Positions 44,498 to 55,546 of a stretch of DNA of 64,000 nt are shown here, one piece after another. The notes beneath the pieces are model-generated. The model was not told the DNA's origin and did not search any database. It saw only the letters and a program-made list of their open reading frames with translations. The stretch is from positions 1 to 64,000 of the IMG/VR virus record IMGVR_UViG_3300033475_000013; one strand, 5' to 3'. The position numbers were made by a program, and so were the translations under genes. This stretch comes from a virus (lineage: Duplodnaviria; Caudoviricetes). Position 1 is the first letter of the stretch; the number at the start of each line of letters is the position of its first letter.

Positions 44498-45775
44498 ATG
44501 GCAAAACAAATTTATGACTTGGATAAAGATGACATGGTGGATGTTGTAGAGCCGCCAGCATCAGAAAAAAAGGTTGAGGATAAAACCAAAACTGAACCCG
44601 ATCCTGCTGAGGAAGAAGAGGAGGAGGAAGAAGAAGTAAAGACTACCGCCGAGAAGGAGAAGGAAAAAACTGATCCCGAAGAAGAGGAGGAAGAGGAAGA
44701 AACTGAAGAAGAAAAAGCCGCTCGTATTGAGGCTGAAAAAAAAGAGAAGGAACAAGAAGAGGAAGAAACTGAAGAATCTGTAGATAAAATTCTTGAATCC
44801 AAATTCGGCGAAAAGTATGGGATTAAGAGCGAAGAAGATTTAAGCACCATCCTTTCTGAATCAGAAGAATTGCTGGATGAAGTAGCCAGCCTCCGCGAAG
44901 AAAATAAGGCTTTAAAAGAAAAGCCAAATACGCCTAGCTTTAAAAGCAAGACCAATGAGGCTGTTTATAATGCCCTGAAAGATTACGATATTGATAAGTT
45001 GTCTGATGGTATTCACATGATTGCCGGCCTTATCAGTATGGATTTGGATAAAACAGACCCTAAACTTATCCTTGAGCAGGCATTCATTATGGAGCACCCA
45101 GAACTGAGTCTGGATAAAGCACGTAAGAAATTCCAGCGTCGGTTTGATGAAAAATATACCATCCAAAATGCGGATGATTTAGATCCAGCCGATCTTAAGG
45201 AAAAAAAGGAAGACCTTGAAAGTGACCTTGAAATAGATGCCGCAAAGGCCAAAAAGTTCATCAAGGAAAAACAAGCAGACTTTAAAACTAAAAGTGAAGA
45301 TAAAGTAGAAACCGAAGAAGTGCCTAAAGAAATCCAGGAAGGTATCGCAAGTCATACCAAGGAATTCCAAGAGCACATGACCGGAATCGACGAATTGATC
45401 TTTGCCGATGATGACAACGATAAGCATCCATTCCGATACAAATTCAGCAAAGAAGAGTTGGGACAGATTAAAAAAATCGTTGGTGACCACCTATCCAATC
45501 CAAATGCCTACGATGGCAAGGGTAAACTGGTTGGTGGTTTTGATCCGGAAGAGAAATTTCAACAAGCAGCGTTCCTGGTAGCAGGTCCTAAAATGGTAGA
45601 AGAAGCGCGAAAATCAGCAGCGAGAATTGCGCAGATTATCAAAGTAGAGGATGTAGCTCAAAAAAAACCAAAACGCAAAGCAGTAGGCAGTGGCGATATT
45701 CAGGATGACAGCATTGATGCTCAGGCTGAACGCATGGCTAAAAAGAAAGAGGCAGAAAGAAAGGCACGAAGATAG
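44498..45775 (+). CDS. Acidic scaffolding-like protein
   Basis: Poly-E N-terminus; directly upstream of the capsid gene. Confidence 0.7.
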   Translation: MAKQIYDLDKDDMVDVVEPPASEKKVEDKTKTEPDPAEEEEEEEEEVKTTAEKEKEKTDPEEEEEEEETEEEKAARIEAEKKEKEQEEEETEESVDKILESKFGEKYGIKSEEDLSTILSESEELLDEVASLREENKALKEKPNTPSFKSKTNEAVYNALKDYDIDKLSDGIHMIAGLISMDLDKTDPKLILEQAFIMEHPELSLDKARKKFQRRFDEKYTIQNADDLDPADLKEKKEDLESDLEIDAAKAKKFIKEKQADFKTKSEDKVETEEVPKEIQEGIASHTKEFQEHMTGIDELIFADDDNDKHPFRYKFSKEELGQIKKIVGDHLSNPNAYDGKGKLVGGFDPEEKFQQAAFLVAGPKMVEEARKSAARIAQIIKVEDVAQKKPKRKAVGSGDIQDDSIDAQAERMAKKKEAERKARR

Positions 45776-45857
45776 AATCTTCGTCCAATCAAAAAGTGTG
45801 CAAGTGAGTTCGGGGTTAAGATATGAACTATGTTTTATCTAAAACCCAAGAAATAAA

Positions 45858-47312
45858 ATGGCATTATTCACGGAAGTAAATACCTGGCAGGATTTCGCAG
45901 TTGCCGCCCGCGAAGAAAATCCGCTTATCTCCCAAATGAGCTTTATCCATAAGCCTCAGGTAGGATCGGTAATGTTTGACGTCAATCCACTGGAAACAGA
46001 TATCGGTGAGATGTTCAAAATGGGCCTCATGGAAGAGGTTAAAGGAGAAGAAATCATTCACCATGAAGCAGCAAAAAGATTTGATGCTCCTTATGTGAAT
46101 TCGGACGCCACACAGTCAAATGTGTATGGAACAGCTGCTGTTATTAATGGCGATGATGCACTTTATGTCGGGCTTGATTATATCCAGCTTGAAGACATTA
46201 GCCATAGCCCACAAACTGGTCCTAATGCACTGAAGTACTCATACCCACGTACTGGTCAATTGATTCAGTTCAAAAATAAAGGCGTATGGAGAATTTCAGG
46301 TAAAAGAGAGTCTATCCCTGGCGCTCACCGTCTTTACCTTGTAAAGATTTCAGGTCCATCGCTTGCCAACACAATCACCAGTGCTGGTGGTCTTTATGGT
46401 GGTGATCAGTTTGGTGTTATCGGTTCAGCTTTCGAGGAAGCAACCTATGGCATGCAAAAAGGTATTGTACCGACCTCTAAAACGTACACCAATTATCTGC
46501 AAACATTCTCTGATTACTATGATCAGACAGATATTGAAGCCACGAATGAGACTTATCCATTCATGTACCAAGGCAAGGAAATCAATTTCGTGTATCCAAG
46601 AGGTATCTCTGATACTGAAATGCGTTTCGCTTTCATGGAGCAGTCTGGTCTATTCCTGACTCCTTACGGTGCATCAATTGCCGGTTTCGATAAGAACGGC
46701 GTTGGTGTTACTATGAACACGACTCAGGGTTATATGCCAAACTTGGAGTTGAATGCTCCTAAGTTGTATTATGACAATAACCCGACAGTGGCATTGTTTG
46801 AGCAGATTATCCGTCTTCGTAGAAAATTGAACCAAGGCCGCGAATGCTTGATGCAGTGCGGTTATGAATTCCTTCTGAAGGCTAAGGATATCATCACTCA
46901 ATTCGGTGTTAACGGTAGCATGGTGTATAACCGTAGCACTGTTGATTTGAATATCGATCAGATTAAGATCGGCGGATTCGTATTCAACATGAAGGAATTG
47001 ATGATTTTGAATCACCCTGATGTGACAGCAATACCTGGATTTAACTATCCATGGTACTTCATCATCGCGCCAATGGATAAAACCAAGGATGCGAAGACTG
47101 GTATTATGAAGGATGCCTTCACAATCATGTGGAAAAAAGCAATTGGTGGTGGAGCACGTGGTCACTACAAAATGTGGATGACTGGTGCCATGGCCGATAC
47201 TCCTACTGATGATCAACAAGTAAGACGTATCCATTTGTATTCAAGAAAGGGCACCCGGGTGGTAGCAGCATCTAAGTTTATCTTAGGTCAGCGCTTACAA
47301 CCTGCTGCTTAA
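45858..47312 (+). CDS. Major capsid protein (crAss-like)
   Basis: 484 aa; position; YTNYLQTFSD and IGGFVFN patterns; followed by a terminator. Confidence 0.8.
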   Translation: MALFTEVNTWQDFAVAAREENPLISQMSFIHKPQVGSVMFDVNPLETDIGEMFKMGLMEEVKGEEIIHHEAAKRFDAPYVNSDATQSNVYGTAAVINGDDALYVGLDYIQLEDISHSPQTGPNALKYSYPRTGQLIQFKNKGVWRISGKRESIPGAHRLYLVKISGPSLANTITSAGGLYGGDQFGVIGSAFEEATYGMQKGIVPTSKTYTNYLQTFSDYYDQTDIEATNETYPFMYQGKEINFVYPRGISDTEMRFAFMEQSGLFLTPYGASIAGFDKNGVGVTMNTTQGYMPNLELNAPKLYYDNNPTVALFEQIIRLRRKLNQGRECLMQCGYEFLLKAKDIITQFGVNGSMVYNRSTVDLNIDQIKIGGFVFNMKELMILNHPDVTAIPGFNYPWYFIIAPMDKTKDAKTGIMKDAFTIMWKKAIGGGARGHYKMWMTGAMADTPTDDQQVRRIHLYSRKGTRVVAASKFILGQRLQPAA

Positions 47313-47336
47313 GTTGCCATAACGTCGCAGCTATAA

Positions 47337-47366
47337 AGGTTCAGGGACTTGTTCCCTGGCCTTTTA
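47337..47366 (+). terminator. Intrinsic terminator after the capsid gene
   Basis: AGGT-T-CAGGGA-CTTGT-TCCCTG-GCCT followed by a T tract. Confidence 0.7.
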
Positions 47367-47415
47367 TTTATAGATAAAATATTAAAATTTGTAAACAATC
47401 TAAACAAATTAACAC

Positions 47416-48555
47416 ATGTCAAAGAAAGCTAAAACACCAGCAGCACCATTACCTACAATGGATGAGATGCAAAAAAACTTCATGGAAGAAGAAAGCGGCA
47501 AAGATTCTACTGGAGATTTAAATACAGAGGAAGAGGAAGAGGAGGAAGAGGAAACTGAGCGAGAACCTGAACCTGAAAAAAAAGGACCACATTTAACTCG
47601 TGAAGCCAGACCCGGGAAAGCCAGAGGAGGAAAAGAAATTGAGGGTTCTTCAGTCCGTGTTTATCGGGAAGATAATAAATTCATGAAGCGCAGGCCAACA
47701 CAACTTCAGGGGCTAAGTTCTCAGATGCTTCCTCCAATTACCAAAAAGAAATTGGCGATGTATGAAGTTATTGGTAAAAATGAAGTCGATCCTCTAACAA
47801 GAGAGCGAATTGTTTCTCCTACTTTAATTCTTCCGGGTAAATACATCATCTATGATCCGTTTGGAGAAGATGTTTTAAAAAGACACATTTTACTTCGAAA
47901 TGTTACCCGAACAGAAACGGTGGTAAGGGATGGAAGAGAAGTACCTGAGGAAACAACGGAAGATTTAATTTTCCCTGATGGTTTCAAATCAGTGGCTATA
48001 GAGCGAAATTATCTTGAATATGTGCTGTTAGAACTCCATCCGCTTAATGAATCCAATAAATTCCGTGATCGATCTCAGGCACCTGCATTTAAGCGCATTG
48101 ATCTTGGATATCGCAAGGATTGGGCAGAAACTACTGCTGGAATGGATTTAGCTTTTGAGGCTGAAAAAATTGTTGTTGGTATGCGGAATGGAGATGAAAT
48201 TATCACGTATGCTACGGCGGCAGGAATTCCAACCGCAGGAAGAATGATTGATAGTGGGGACACTTCTGTTAAAATGGATCTTCGCAGATTCGCCAGACAG
48301 AGCCCAAGAGATTTTTTCAAACTCAATAAACACAATACCATGGCCATTAAAATGGCGGTTTTGGAAGCTATTGATCTTGGATTGATTGAATATTTTGTGG
48401 ATCGAAGAGACTGGTTATTCTCAACGGATGGCGGATCACTTGGTCAACATTTACCTGGGCAAGATCCGACAGAAACACTTATTAAACTTCTTCAAAGAGA
48501 AGAATACCAAGAAGTCTATGCAAAACTTCAAAATCAACTCAATTATTGGGAATAA
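47416..48555 (+). CDS. Conserved post-capsid protein of crAss-like modules
   Basis: Acidic N-terminus; DLRRFARQSPRDF...AIDLGLI. Confidence 0.6.
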   Translation: MSKKAKTPAAPLPTMDEMQKNFMEEESGKDSTGDLNTEEEEEEEEETEREPEPEKKGPHLTREARPGKARGGKEIEGSSVRVYREDNKFMKRRPTQLQGLSSQMLPPITKKKLAMYEVIGKNEVDPLTRERIVSPTLILPGKYIIYDPFGEDVLKRHILLRNVTRTETVVRDGREVPEETTEDLIFPDGFKSVAIERNYLEYVLLELHPLNESNKFRDRSQAPAFKRIDLGYRKDWAETTAGMDLAFEAEKIVVGMRNGDEIITYATAAGIPTAGRMIDSGDTSVKMDLRRFARQSPRDFFKLNKHNTMAIKMAVLEAIDLGLIEYFVDRRDWLFSTDGGSLGQHLPGQDPTETLIKLLQREEYQEVYAKLQNQLNYWE

Positions 48556-48582
48556 TAATTGAAACAAAATAGTTTGTAACTT

Positions 48583-48607
48583 AGGGGTCGTAATTGACCC
48601 CTTTTTT
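48583..48607 (+). terminator. Intrinsic terminator
   Basis: AGGGGTC-GTAATT-GACCCCT followed by a T tract. Confidence 0.75.
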
Positions 48608-49273
48608 ATGAGCTTAGTACCTTCCTTTACAATAACTCAGCAAGATGGTGGTGCCACCGCGCTGGCAGTCAATACTACTCCGTACGGGTCGCCAAATCAA
48701 GATCGAAATCAAGCGGCAGAGTATGTACTATGGTCAAAAACAGACCAAAACGGATTACGATCATTCAATAACCCGGACCAAGGAAACGTACTTACTAATC
48801 TTCAATACAGTGTCCAAACACCAGTTGATGGATGGTATGAATTGATCCGGTTAAGAATTCAATTTTATAATGCTGGTGCTAATTATGTAGAAGAGCAATC
48901 CAGCGGAGGAGTTATCACACAATATGCAAGTATTTTTTATTACGGAACTACTGGTAAAGTTTATCAGGCAATTACACCGTCTATTGGTCAATCACCAACA
49001 GATACTAATTACTTTGTTGAAGTTCCTGACCTAAGTGTCATTCTAGCCAATACCAACATTGAAGTTTATTATCAGAATTTTTATGGTGAATACAATACCA
49101 ATGTGTGTATCCGAGATAAAGATTTAGAGAATTGTAATTGTGGTGGAGGAGATGAAGCACTTGATCTATTGTATGCACAAAAACAATCAGCTGATACAAA
49201 TTTTGCTAATGGCTATCCTGACCGGATGGAGAAAATAATTCGTGAACTTGAACAAACTTGTACACAATGTTAA
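48608..49273 (+). CDS. Virion structural protein
   Basis: Beta-rich N-terminus, C-terminal CNC...C motifs; position. Confidence 0.55.
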   Translation: MSLVPSFTITQQDGGATALAVNTTPYGSPNQDRNQAAEYVLWSKTDQNGLRSFNNPDQGNVLTNLQYSVQTPVDGWYELIRLRIQFYNAGANYVEEQSSGGVITQYASIFYYGTTGKVYQAITPSIGQSPTDTNYFVEVPDLSVILANTNIEVYYQNFYGEYNTNVCIRDKDLENCNCGGGDEALDLLYAQKQSADTNFANGYPDRMEKIIRELEQTCTQC

Positions 49274-52200
49274 TAGCAGATGCATTTAACATACTCTCAG
49301 AAGCTAATGCAAAAATTGCTTCATTAGGGATAGACATTATTGATCAGGCAGGAACTCCTAAGCAGCCAAAAACAGAACGGCAACTTATAAGAGCACGCCA
49401 GTTATATAATCTTCTTAATAAGTTTATTTTTTTAAATGCTGGCGGTACAGCTATTACAGGAACATTTGGTCAGAATGACGCAGCACTAAACAGGCTTTTA
49501 CTGCAATTAAAAAAAGTAGCAGAGATATTTACTTTTCCTGCTATTCCAAATCCCATAAATTCATTTGTTACATCAGGGCAATCTGGTGGATCACAACTTC
49601 CTGTTGGTGCTTCTGAAGGTGATCTATTATATTTTCATAATGGTGGCTGGACTAATTTTGCAAAAGGCGCTGATGGTACAGTGCTCACATCTTCTCCGTC
49701 AGGACTTGTGTGGAGTTCTGCTGTTGGAAATGGTATTCCATCAGGAGGATTAACTGGACAGTATTTAGCAAAGACATCAAATGCTTCTTATGCAGTTGCC
49801 TGGCAAACACTGACTTTAAATAAAATTACAGATGTTACAGCATCTGCGGCAGAGGTTAATATTCTTGATGGTGCTTTAGTATCCTTTCAGGAAATTAATA
49901 CTTTAATCGGAATTAATACCGGAACAACAATTCAATCTCAACTTGATGGTAAGTTGGGAGGATCACTTGCTAATGGTAAATTCCTAGTAGGAAATGGTTC
50001 TGGTATAGCCACTGCGGTTACACCAACTGGAGATGTTACCTTTAATAACACTGGAGTTTTTGCTATTACTTCAGCATCAATAGTTGATGCTGACATCAAT
50101 GGATCAGCAGCAATAACCAGATCAAAAATAGCTTCTGGAAATATTAATAGAGTTGTAGTTAATAATGGTTCTGGAGTTCTATCAGATGCTGCTGCCATCA
50201 CTGCTAACCGTGTGTTATTATCAGATGCTAATGGCATTCCAACAGCAAGCGGAGTAACAACTACAGCATTTGCATTTTTTGATCCAACATCTTCAATACA
50301 AAATCAATTAGATAGTAAACTCACTGTTAGTTTAACTTCTCCCGCTCAAGGTGATACTATTTATTTTAATGGTACTAATTGGACTAATCTTCCTGTAGGC
50401 ACAGCAGGTCAAGTATTAACAACTGATGGAGTAACTGTATCGTGGGGATCTCCAACAGCTAATGGTATTCCAACTGGAGGAACTACACATCAATATCTTC
50501 GCAAGATTGATGCAACAAATTATAATACAGAGTGGCACACTTTTGTGCTCACTGATGTGTCGGATGTAACAACTACATCAACTGAACTTAATTTATTATC
50601 AGGGTTAACAACGCCTGCTTCAAAACTTAATTTTTCAAGTTCAGTAACGAGTGACATTCAGACCCAACTGAATTTAAAACTCAGCACTTCACTTGCTTAT
50701 AATGCACTATTTGTTGGTAATGTATCTAACACAGCGGGACAATTATCACCAGGTGCAGATAATCAAGTCTTGATGATTATTAGTGGCTCTCCAACATGGC
50801 AGACATTCACTCCTGGTACCGGCTCAGTAACATCAATTGATGTATCAGGAGGAACAACCGGATTATCTTTTACAGGCGGTCCGGTGACAACCACAGGAAC
50901 CATCACTGCTTCAGGAACATTGATCGCTGCTAATGGAGGAACTGGATCATCATCGTATACAAAAGGTGATATTTTAATTGCTTCAGCAAGCACAACTTTG
51001 ACCAAACTTGCAGTTGGTACTAATACTTTTGTATTAACTGCTGACTCAACTCAACCAACTGGTGTTAAGTGGGCAGCAGCACCTGGTGCGGGAACTGGAA
51101 CTGTTACATCTGTAGATGTAACAACAGCAAATGGAGTTAGTGCAACTGGCGGACCAATAACTTCTTCAGGTAGCTTTACATTTTCTTTAGGAGCGATAAC
51201 GCCAACAAGTGTTAATGGAATTGTATTCTCAGGTAGTTCAACACCAACATTATCTGTAACTGGAACCTCATCTATATCAGGCTCAAACACTGGAGATCAA
51301 ACAATCACCCTTACTGGTAATGTTACTGGTTCTGGAACAGGATCATTTGCAACAACTATTGCGGCTGGTGTTGTAACCAACTCAATGCTAGCTGGCGGGA
51401 TTGATTTAACGACTAAAGTTACTGGAGTATTACCAGTATCTAACGGTGGTCAAGGAAACGCATCTCTTACAGCTTACGCTCCTTTATTCGGGGGAACAAC
51501 ATCCACAGCACCAGTTCAAAGTGGAACCACCGGAACTGCTGGTCAAGTCCTTACTTCTAATGGTGCAGGAAGTTTACCTACATGGGCAGCAGCATTAAGT
51601 TATGGTTTAGCAACACAGATACCATTTACAAACGGAAGTGCTAATGGATTCAGCTATTCATCAGCATTTGCATTTGATACTACATATCAGAATTTATTTG
51701 TTGGTGGATCAAATACTTATACAATATCCACACCCGGATATATAAATAACACTTACGTATTTGCTGAACAGACAACATTAACAACAGGTAATACAGCCCC
51801 ATCAATTATCACAGATGCTGTTGTCTTTGGATTTCAAAACTTTATTGGTGATGGAACTAATTATTATTCTGGTTCATCATCACTTACTTATGGTGCTCAT
51901 AACAAAAATTATACTGGCGGCGGATTAGTTGGTGGGTTATATGCAAGATTATTACACTCAGGAGAAGGCAGTGGAGTACATTATCATTTTGGTGGAATTG
52001 CAATTGGTGTTGGAGGTTCATCAGCGACAGGAAGTGAACTGGTAACAGCAGTAGCTACATCAATAAACATTAGCTATAATTCATCTTCACAAACAGCGGG
52101 ACATGGTGCTTATGGTTATAATTCAGTTATTATAGCTGGTCAAGACCATAATATTCCAAGCACATCCCCACGCTCAGCTGTTATTGCTGGTAATGCTATC

Positions 52201-54672
52201 AAAGCTAGAGCATCAGATCCTGATCAAGTTTATGTTCCTAATTTTAATATCGTAACTACACCAGCAAATGATGATGCATTAACTCAAATTTTAGCTAGGG
52301 ATGCAACAACAGGATTAATAAAATACAGAACAGCATCTTCTATTATAGGAAGTGCATTCTGGCCATTAACAGGATCGGCACTATTAACTGGAGCAGTTAC
52401 TATTGATGGAGACATTGGTAGTTATGGAGTAACCTTAGATGCATTAGAGCATTTCACTGTCAATGTACAAGGTGGCAATAGCTTTAATGTCAATGTTGCT
52501 GACACTGGAGATATAAACTTGAGTCCAAACTCAGGAAATATCAATCTAACAACATTTGGAAGCAACGTCACTCAATTAGAAGCATCTGGAACTGGGTATG
52601 TATTTGCCGTATCCGGTGCTGGTATAATGCTGAATGTAAACAGTGATGCAACTGGCGATATTCCTTATCGTAATTCTTCTGGATATTTAGCACGAAGAGG
52701 TATAGGAACATCAGGGCAAGTCCTTACGGTATCCGGTGGATTACCAGTATGGGCAACACCATCTGCTGGATTCGCTAATCCTATGACTACACTGGGTGAT
52801 CTTATTTACGAGGACGCCACTCCAACAGCAGTTAGGTTAGCAGGTAATACAACAACGACAAGAAAATTTTTAAGTCAAACAGGTAATGGAACGATAAGTG
52901 CTGCTCCTGTATGGAATGCATTAGTTAGTGGCGATATTCCAAACAATGCTGCAAATACTACTGGTAGTGCAGCAACTTTAACAACATCAAGATCTATCTC
53001 CATGACTGGCGATGCAACATGGACTGTTAATTTTGATGGAAGTGCAAATGTAACGGCAGCAGGAACTTTAGCTACTGTAAATAGCAATGTTGGCACATTT
53101 GGTTCAGCTACTACATCATTGACTGTTACTGTTAATGGAAAGGGTTTGGTGACCGCAATGAGTTCACAAACGGTTACTCCGGCAGTTGGGTCTATAACTG
53201 GATTAGGAACTGGAGTTGGTACTTGGTTAGCTACCCCTTCATGGACTAATTTTACTTCAGCAATTACAGGTACAGCACCATTTTGGAATACTTCAGGGAG
53301 CACTACGATTACCACACCAACGATTACAGGGAAACCAACCTGGACACAAGCTTCTGAATCAGCAACAAATACATTTCAAACATTTACCCAGGCAGCACAT
53401 ACTGGCGGTAGCCCAGTCGGGATATTGTATACTGGCGGTGCTCACACAACAATAGCTGTTTCTGAATTCACAGACTTCAATTTGAACGCATCAAGGACTG
53501 TAAATTTTGCATCCGGTGGTGGTACGATAGCAAACGAACGCATAGTACGAATTCAAGCTCCAACACTAACCGCAACAACAAACGGTATTACAATCACAAA
53601 GGCCGCTACTTTAGCTATAAGTGATGCCCCTACAGCATTCACAAACGTAACTATTACACAAGGCTATGCTTTGGATATTGAAGCCGGTAAAATGAAAGTT
53701 GGAAGCTTTACGCCCCCGGGCACAACCTTAACAGCAGCAATCCAAACCAGCGGTGAGGTCCGGGCTACAGGAGGTTTTAATCTTCGAAACGTTACGACAA
53801 ATGATAACGCAAAAATAGGATTTTTCATCAATGGTACTGCTGATGTTGATATTTTTGCTAATGCTGCCGCAACATTATTAATAAAAAATATAGGATCAAC
53901 ATCAACAGGTGGTGCTTATGTAAGAGCGTCTGGTACATTATCACCAACTACAGGAACGGCAAATGCAACCAGTGCTTTTCTATCTTCTGTTGCTTGGCAG
54001 GCCAGCGGCGGAACTAATAATTTTTCAGGTATTGAAATTAGTGGTGTAATAAGCACATCTGGTACATGGGCTGGTGATATTCGAGGATTTTATTATAATC
54101 CACAATTAAGTGGAACCACAGGACTTGCAAATAATTATGCTATTCTGGCAACAAGTGGAAAAGTTTTAATTAATGGATCTACAATCACTGCCTCTACTGA
54201 AATGGACATTAGAGGAACAGGTACAACTTCTAGCACAATAAATACTAGGTGGGCAGATAGCGGCAACACATTATTAATGTCATTATTAGATAATGGATTT
54301 TTAGGAATAGGTAATATCACTGCTGCGGTAGGTCTTGATATTAATGTAGGAATAGCAAGTAGACAACAATCACCTGCACAAATAACATCTAATCAAAATA
54401 ATTATGCCATTGGTGCTCAGACCTCATTTAGATTAAATACCGATGCTTCCAGAAATATTACAGGATTAACAGGAGGTGTTGATGGTAAATTTTTATTCAT
54501 AAGAAACGTTGGAAGTTTTAATATTGTGTTTACGCATGAAGATGGAGCTTCTACTGCGGCAAATAGAATTACAAGTTCAACAGCGGGAAATTTAACAATT
54601 GCTCCAAATGGAGTATTAGTATTACAATATGACTCCAGCGCAAGCCGATGGTTTGATGTTGCAGTTAGATAA
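49258..54672 (+). CDS. 1804-aa Gly/Ser/Thr-rich tail or head fibre protein
   Basis: At least 6 copies of a GDxxY...GxxGQVL...W module; GTGTVTSV motifs; C-terminal beta domain. Confidence 0.8.
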   Translation: MYTMLIADAFNILSEANAKIASLGIDIIDQAGTPKQPKTERQLIRARQLYNLLNKFIFLNAGGTAITGTFGQNDAALNRLLLQLKKVAEIFTFPAIPNPINSFVTSGQSGGSQLPVGASEGDLLYFHNGGWTNFAKGADGTVLTSSPSGLVWSSAVGNGIPSGGLTGQYLAKTSNASYAVAWQTLTLNKITDVTASAAEVNILDGALVSFQEINTLIGINTGTTIQSQLDGKLGGSLANGKFLVGNGSGIATAVTPTGDVTFNNTGVFAITSASIVDADINGSAAITRSKIASGNINRVVVNNGSGVLSDAAAITANRVLLSDANGIPTASGVTTTAFAFFDPTSSIQNQLDSKLTVSLTSPAQGDTIYFNGTNWTNLPVGTAGQVLTTDGVTVSWGSPTANGIPTGGTTHQYLRKIDATNYNTEWHTFVLTDVSDVTTTSTELNLLSGLTTPASKLNFSSSVTSDIQTQLNLKLSTSLAYNALFVGNVSNTAGQLSPGADNQVLMIISGSPTWQTFTPGTGSVTSIDVSGGTTGLSFTGGPVTTTGTITASGTLIAANGGTGSSSYTKGDILIASASTTLTKLAVGTNTFVLTADSTQPTGVKWAAAPGAGTGTVTSVDVTTANGVSATGGPITSSGSFTFSLGAITPTSVNGIVFSGSSTPTLSVTGTSSISGSNTGDQTITLTGNVTGSGTGSFATTIAAGVVTNSMLAGGIDLTTKVTGVLPVSNGGQGNASLTAYAPLFGGTTSTAPVQSGTTGTAGQVLTSNGAGSLPTWAAALSYGLATQIPFTNGSANGFSYSSAFAFDTTYQNLFVGGSNTYTISTPGYINNTYVFAEQTTLTTGNTAPSIITDAVVFGFQNFIGDGTNYYSGSSSLTYGAHNKNYTGGGLVGGLYARLLHSGEGSGVHYHFGGIAIGVGGSSATGSELVTAVATSINISYNSSSQTAGHGAYGYNSVIIAGQDHNIPSTSPRSAVIAGNAIKARASDPDQVYVPNFNIVTTPANDDALTQILARDATTGLIKYRTASSIIGSAFWPLTGSALLTGAVTIDGDIGSYGVTLDALEHFTVNVQGGNSFNVNVADTGDINLSPNSGNINLTTFGSNVTQLEASGTGYVFAVSGAGIMLNVNSDATGDIPYRNSSGYLARRGIGTSGQVLTVSGGLPVWATPSAGFANPMTTLGDLIYEDATPTAVRLAGNTTTTRKFLSQTGNGTISAAPVWNALVSGDIPNNAANTTGSAATLTTSRSISMTGDATWTVNFDGSANVTAAGTLATVNSNVGTFGSATTSLTVTVNGKGLVTAMSSQTVTPAVGSITGLGTGVGTWLATPSWTNFTSAITGTAPFWNTSGSTTITTPTITGKPTWTQASESATNTFQTFTQAAHTGGSPVGILYTGGAHTTIAVSEFTDFNLNASRTVNFASGGGTIANERIVRIQAPTLTATTNGITITKAATLAISDAPTAFTNVTITQGYALDIEAGKMKVGSFTPPGTTLTAAIQTSGEVRATGGFNLRNVTTNDNAKIGFFINGTADVDIFANAAATLLIKNIGSTSTGGAYVRASGTLSPTTGTANATSAFLSSVAWQASGGTNNFSGIEISGVISTSGTWAGDIRGFYYNPQLSGTTGLANNYAILATSGKVLINGSTITASTEMDIRGTGTTSSTINTRWADSGNTLLMSLLDNGFLGIGNITAAVGLDINVGIASRQQSPAQITSNQNNYAIGAQTSFRLNTDASRNITGLTGGVDGKFLFIRNVGSFNIVFTHEDGASTAANRITSSTAGNLTIAPNGVLVLQYDSSASRWFDVAVR

Positions 54673-54693
54673 AAAAAATAAACTCTCTCAAAT

Positions 54694-55092
54694 ATGGGAA
54701 TACATAGGAAATTTTCAGGAACCATAACTCGTGCTGCCGCAACAGCAAGTGGATCAGAATCAATAACAGGAATAGGAGGAAAACCAATTATGGTTATTTT
54801 TTATGCAATGTCAGATTCAAATTCATCAATAAATTCAAAAGGTTTTGATGATGGATCAATTGCCACATGTATATTTTGTAATGTAATAACTGGTCTCATA
54901 AATTTACTTGGAGGTACATCAAATTTTGCTAATGTAGCAGAAAGTCAAACAAAATCTATTGACGTGGAAAATACTACACCAAACGGACATAATGCAAATA
55001 TATCAAGCATGGATAATGATGGATTTACATTAAACTGGACAAAAATTGGAAGTGGGTTAGCTTTAACAGTAAAATATATCGCAATCTTATAA
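54694..55092 (+). CDS. Small beta-rich fibre-associated protein
   Basis: DGFTLNWTK motif; follows the fibre gene. Confidence 0.55.
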   Translation: MGIHRKFSGTITRAAATASGSESITGIGGKPIMVIFYAMSDSNSSINSKGFDDGSIATCIFCNVITGLINLLGGTSNFANVAESQTKSIDVENTTPNGHNANISSMDNDGFTLNWTKIGSGLALTVKYIAIL

Positions 55093-55104
55093 AAAACAGA
55101 AATC

Positions 55105-55455
55105 ATGGCCTCATTAACATTAAGTGAAAAAGCAACATTATCTGCCTCTCAATCTTTTAGAGATAGATTTATACAAGGTCTATTCTCAAAAGCTAATGTG
55201 TACATTCAGCAAACTCCACTGAATTTAGCATGGCAGAAGCAAGTTAATTTTGGAAAAAGTTTTACCAAAGGAGCGGTTACATATGATGCAGTTGCTTTAA
55301 CTAGATTTTGGTTAGCAAATTATAATGGAAATGCTATTTTAGATGGCAACAATCAACCTATTGATACAGAAATATTAAATAGTGCCGGATTAGACGTTGT
55401 ATACAATGCTATGGCAAATGTGATTACTGGAGATGATGCTTTACCAATACAATAG
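55105..55455 (+). CDS. Hypothetical virion-region protein
   Basis: ORF in the structural operon. Confidence 0.55.
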   Translation: MASLTLSEKATLSASQSFRDRFIQGLFSKANVYIQQTPLNLAWQKQVNFGKSFTKGAVTYDAVALTRFWLANYNGNAILDGNNQPIDTEILNSAGLDVVYNAMANVITGDDALPIQ

Positions 55456-55546
55456 AGGAAATATGACATCAACAGCCGCAATTATTGTAGTTATTAAAAA
55501 ATAAACTTTAATATCTATCTTTGGTCTACATTAAAAACAAAAAGTT

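Noticed and set aside
44512-45490. Antisense ORFs opposite the acidic scaffold gene, and similar shadows opposite the fibre gene
   Set aside because: Shadow ORFs caused by biased codon usage; no independent coding signal.
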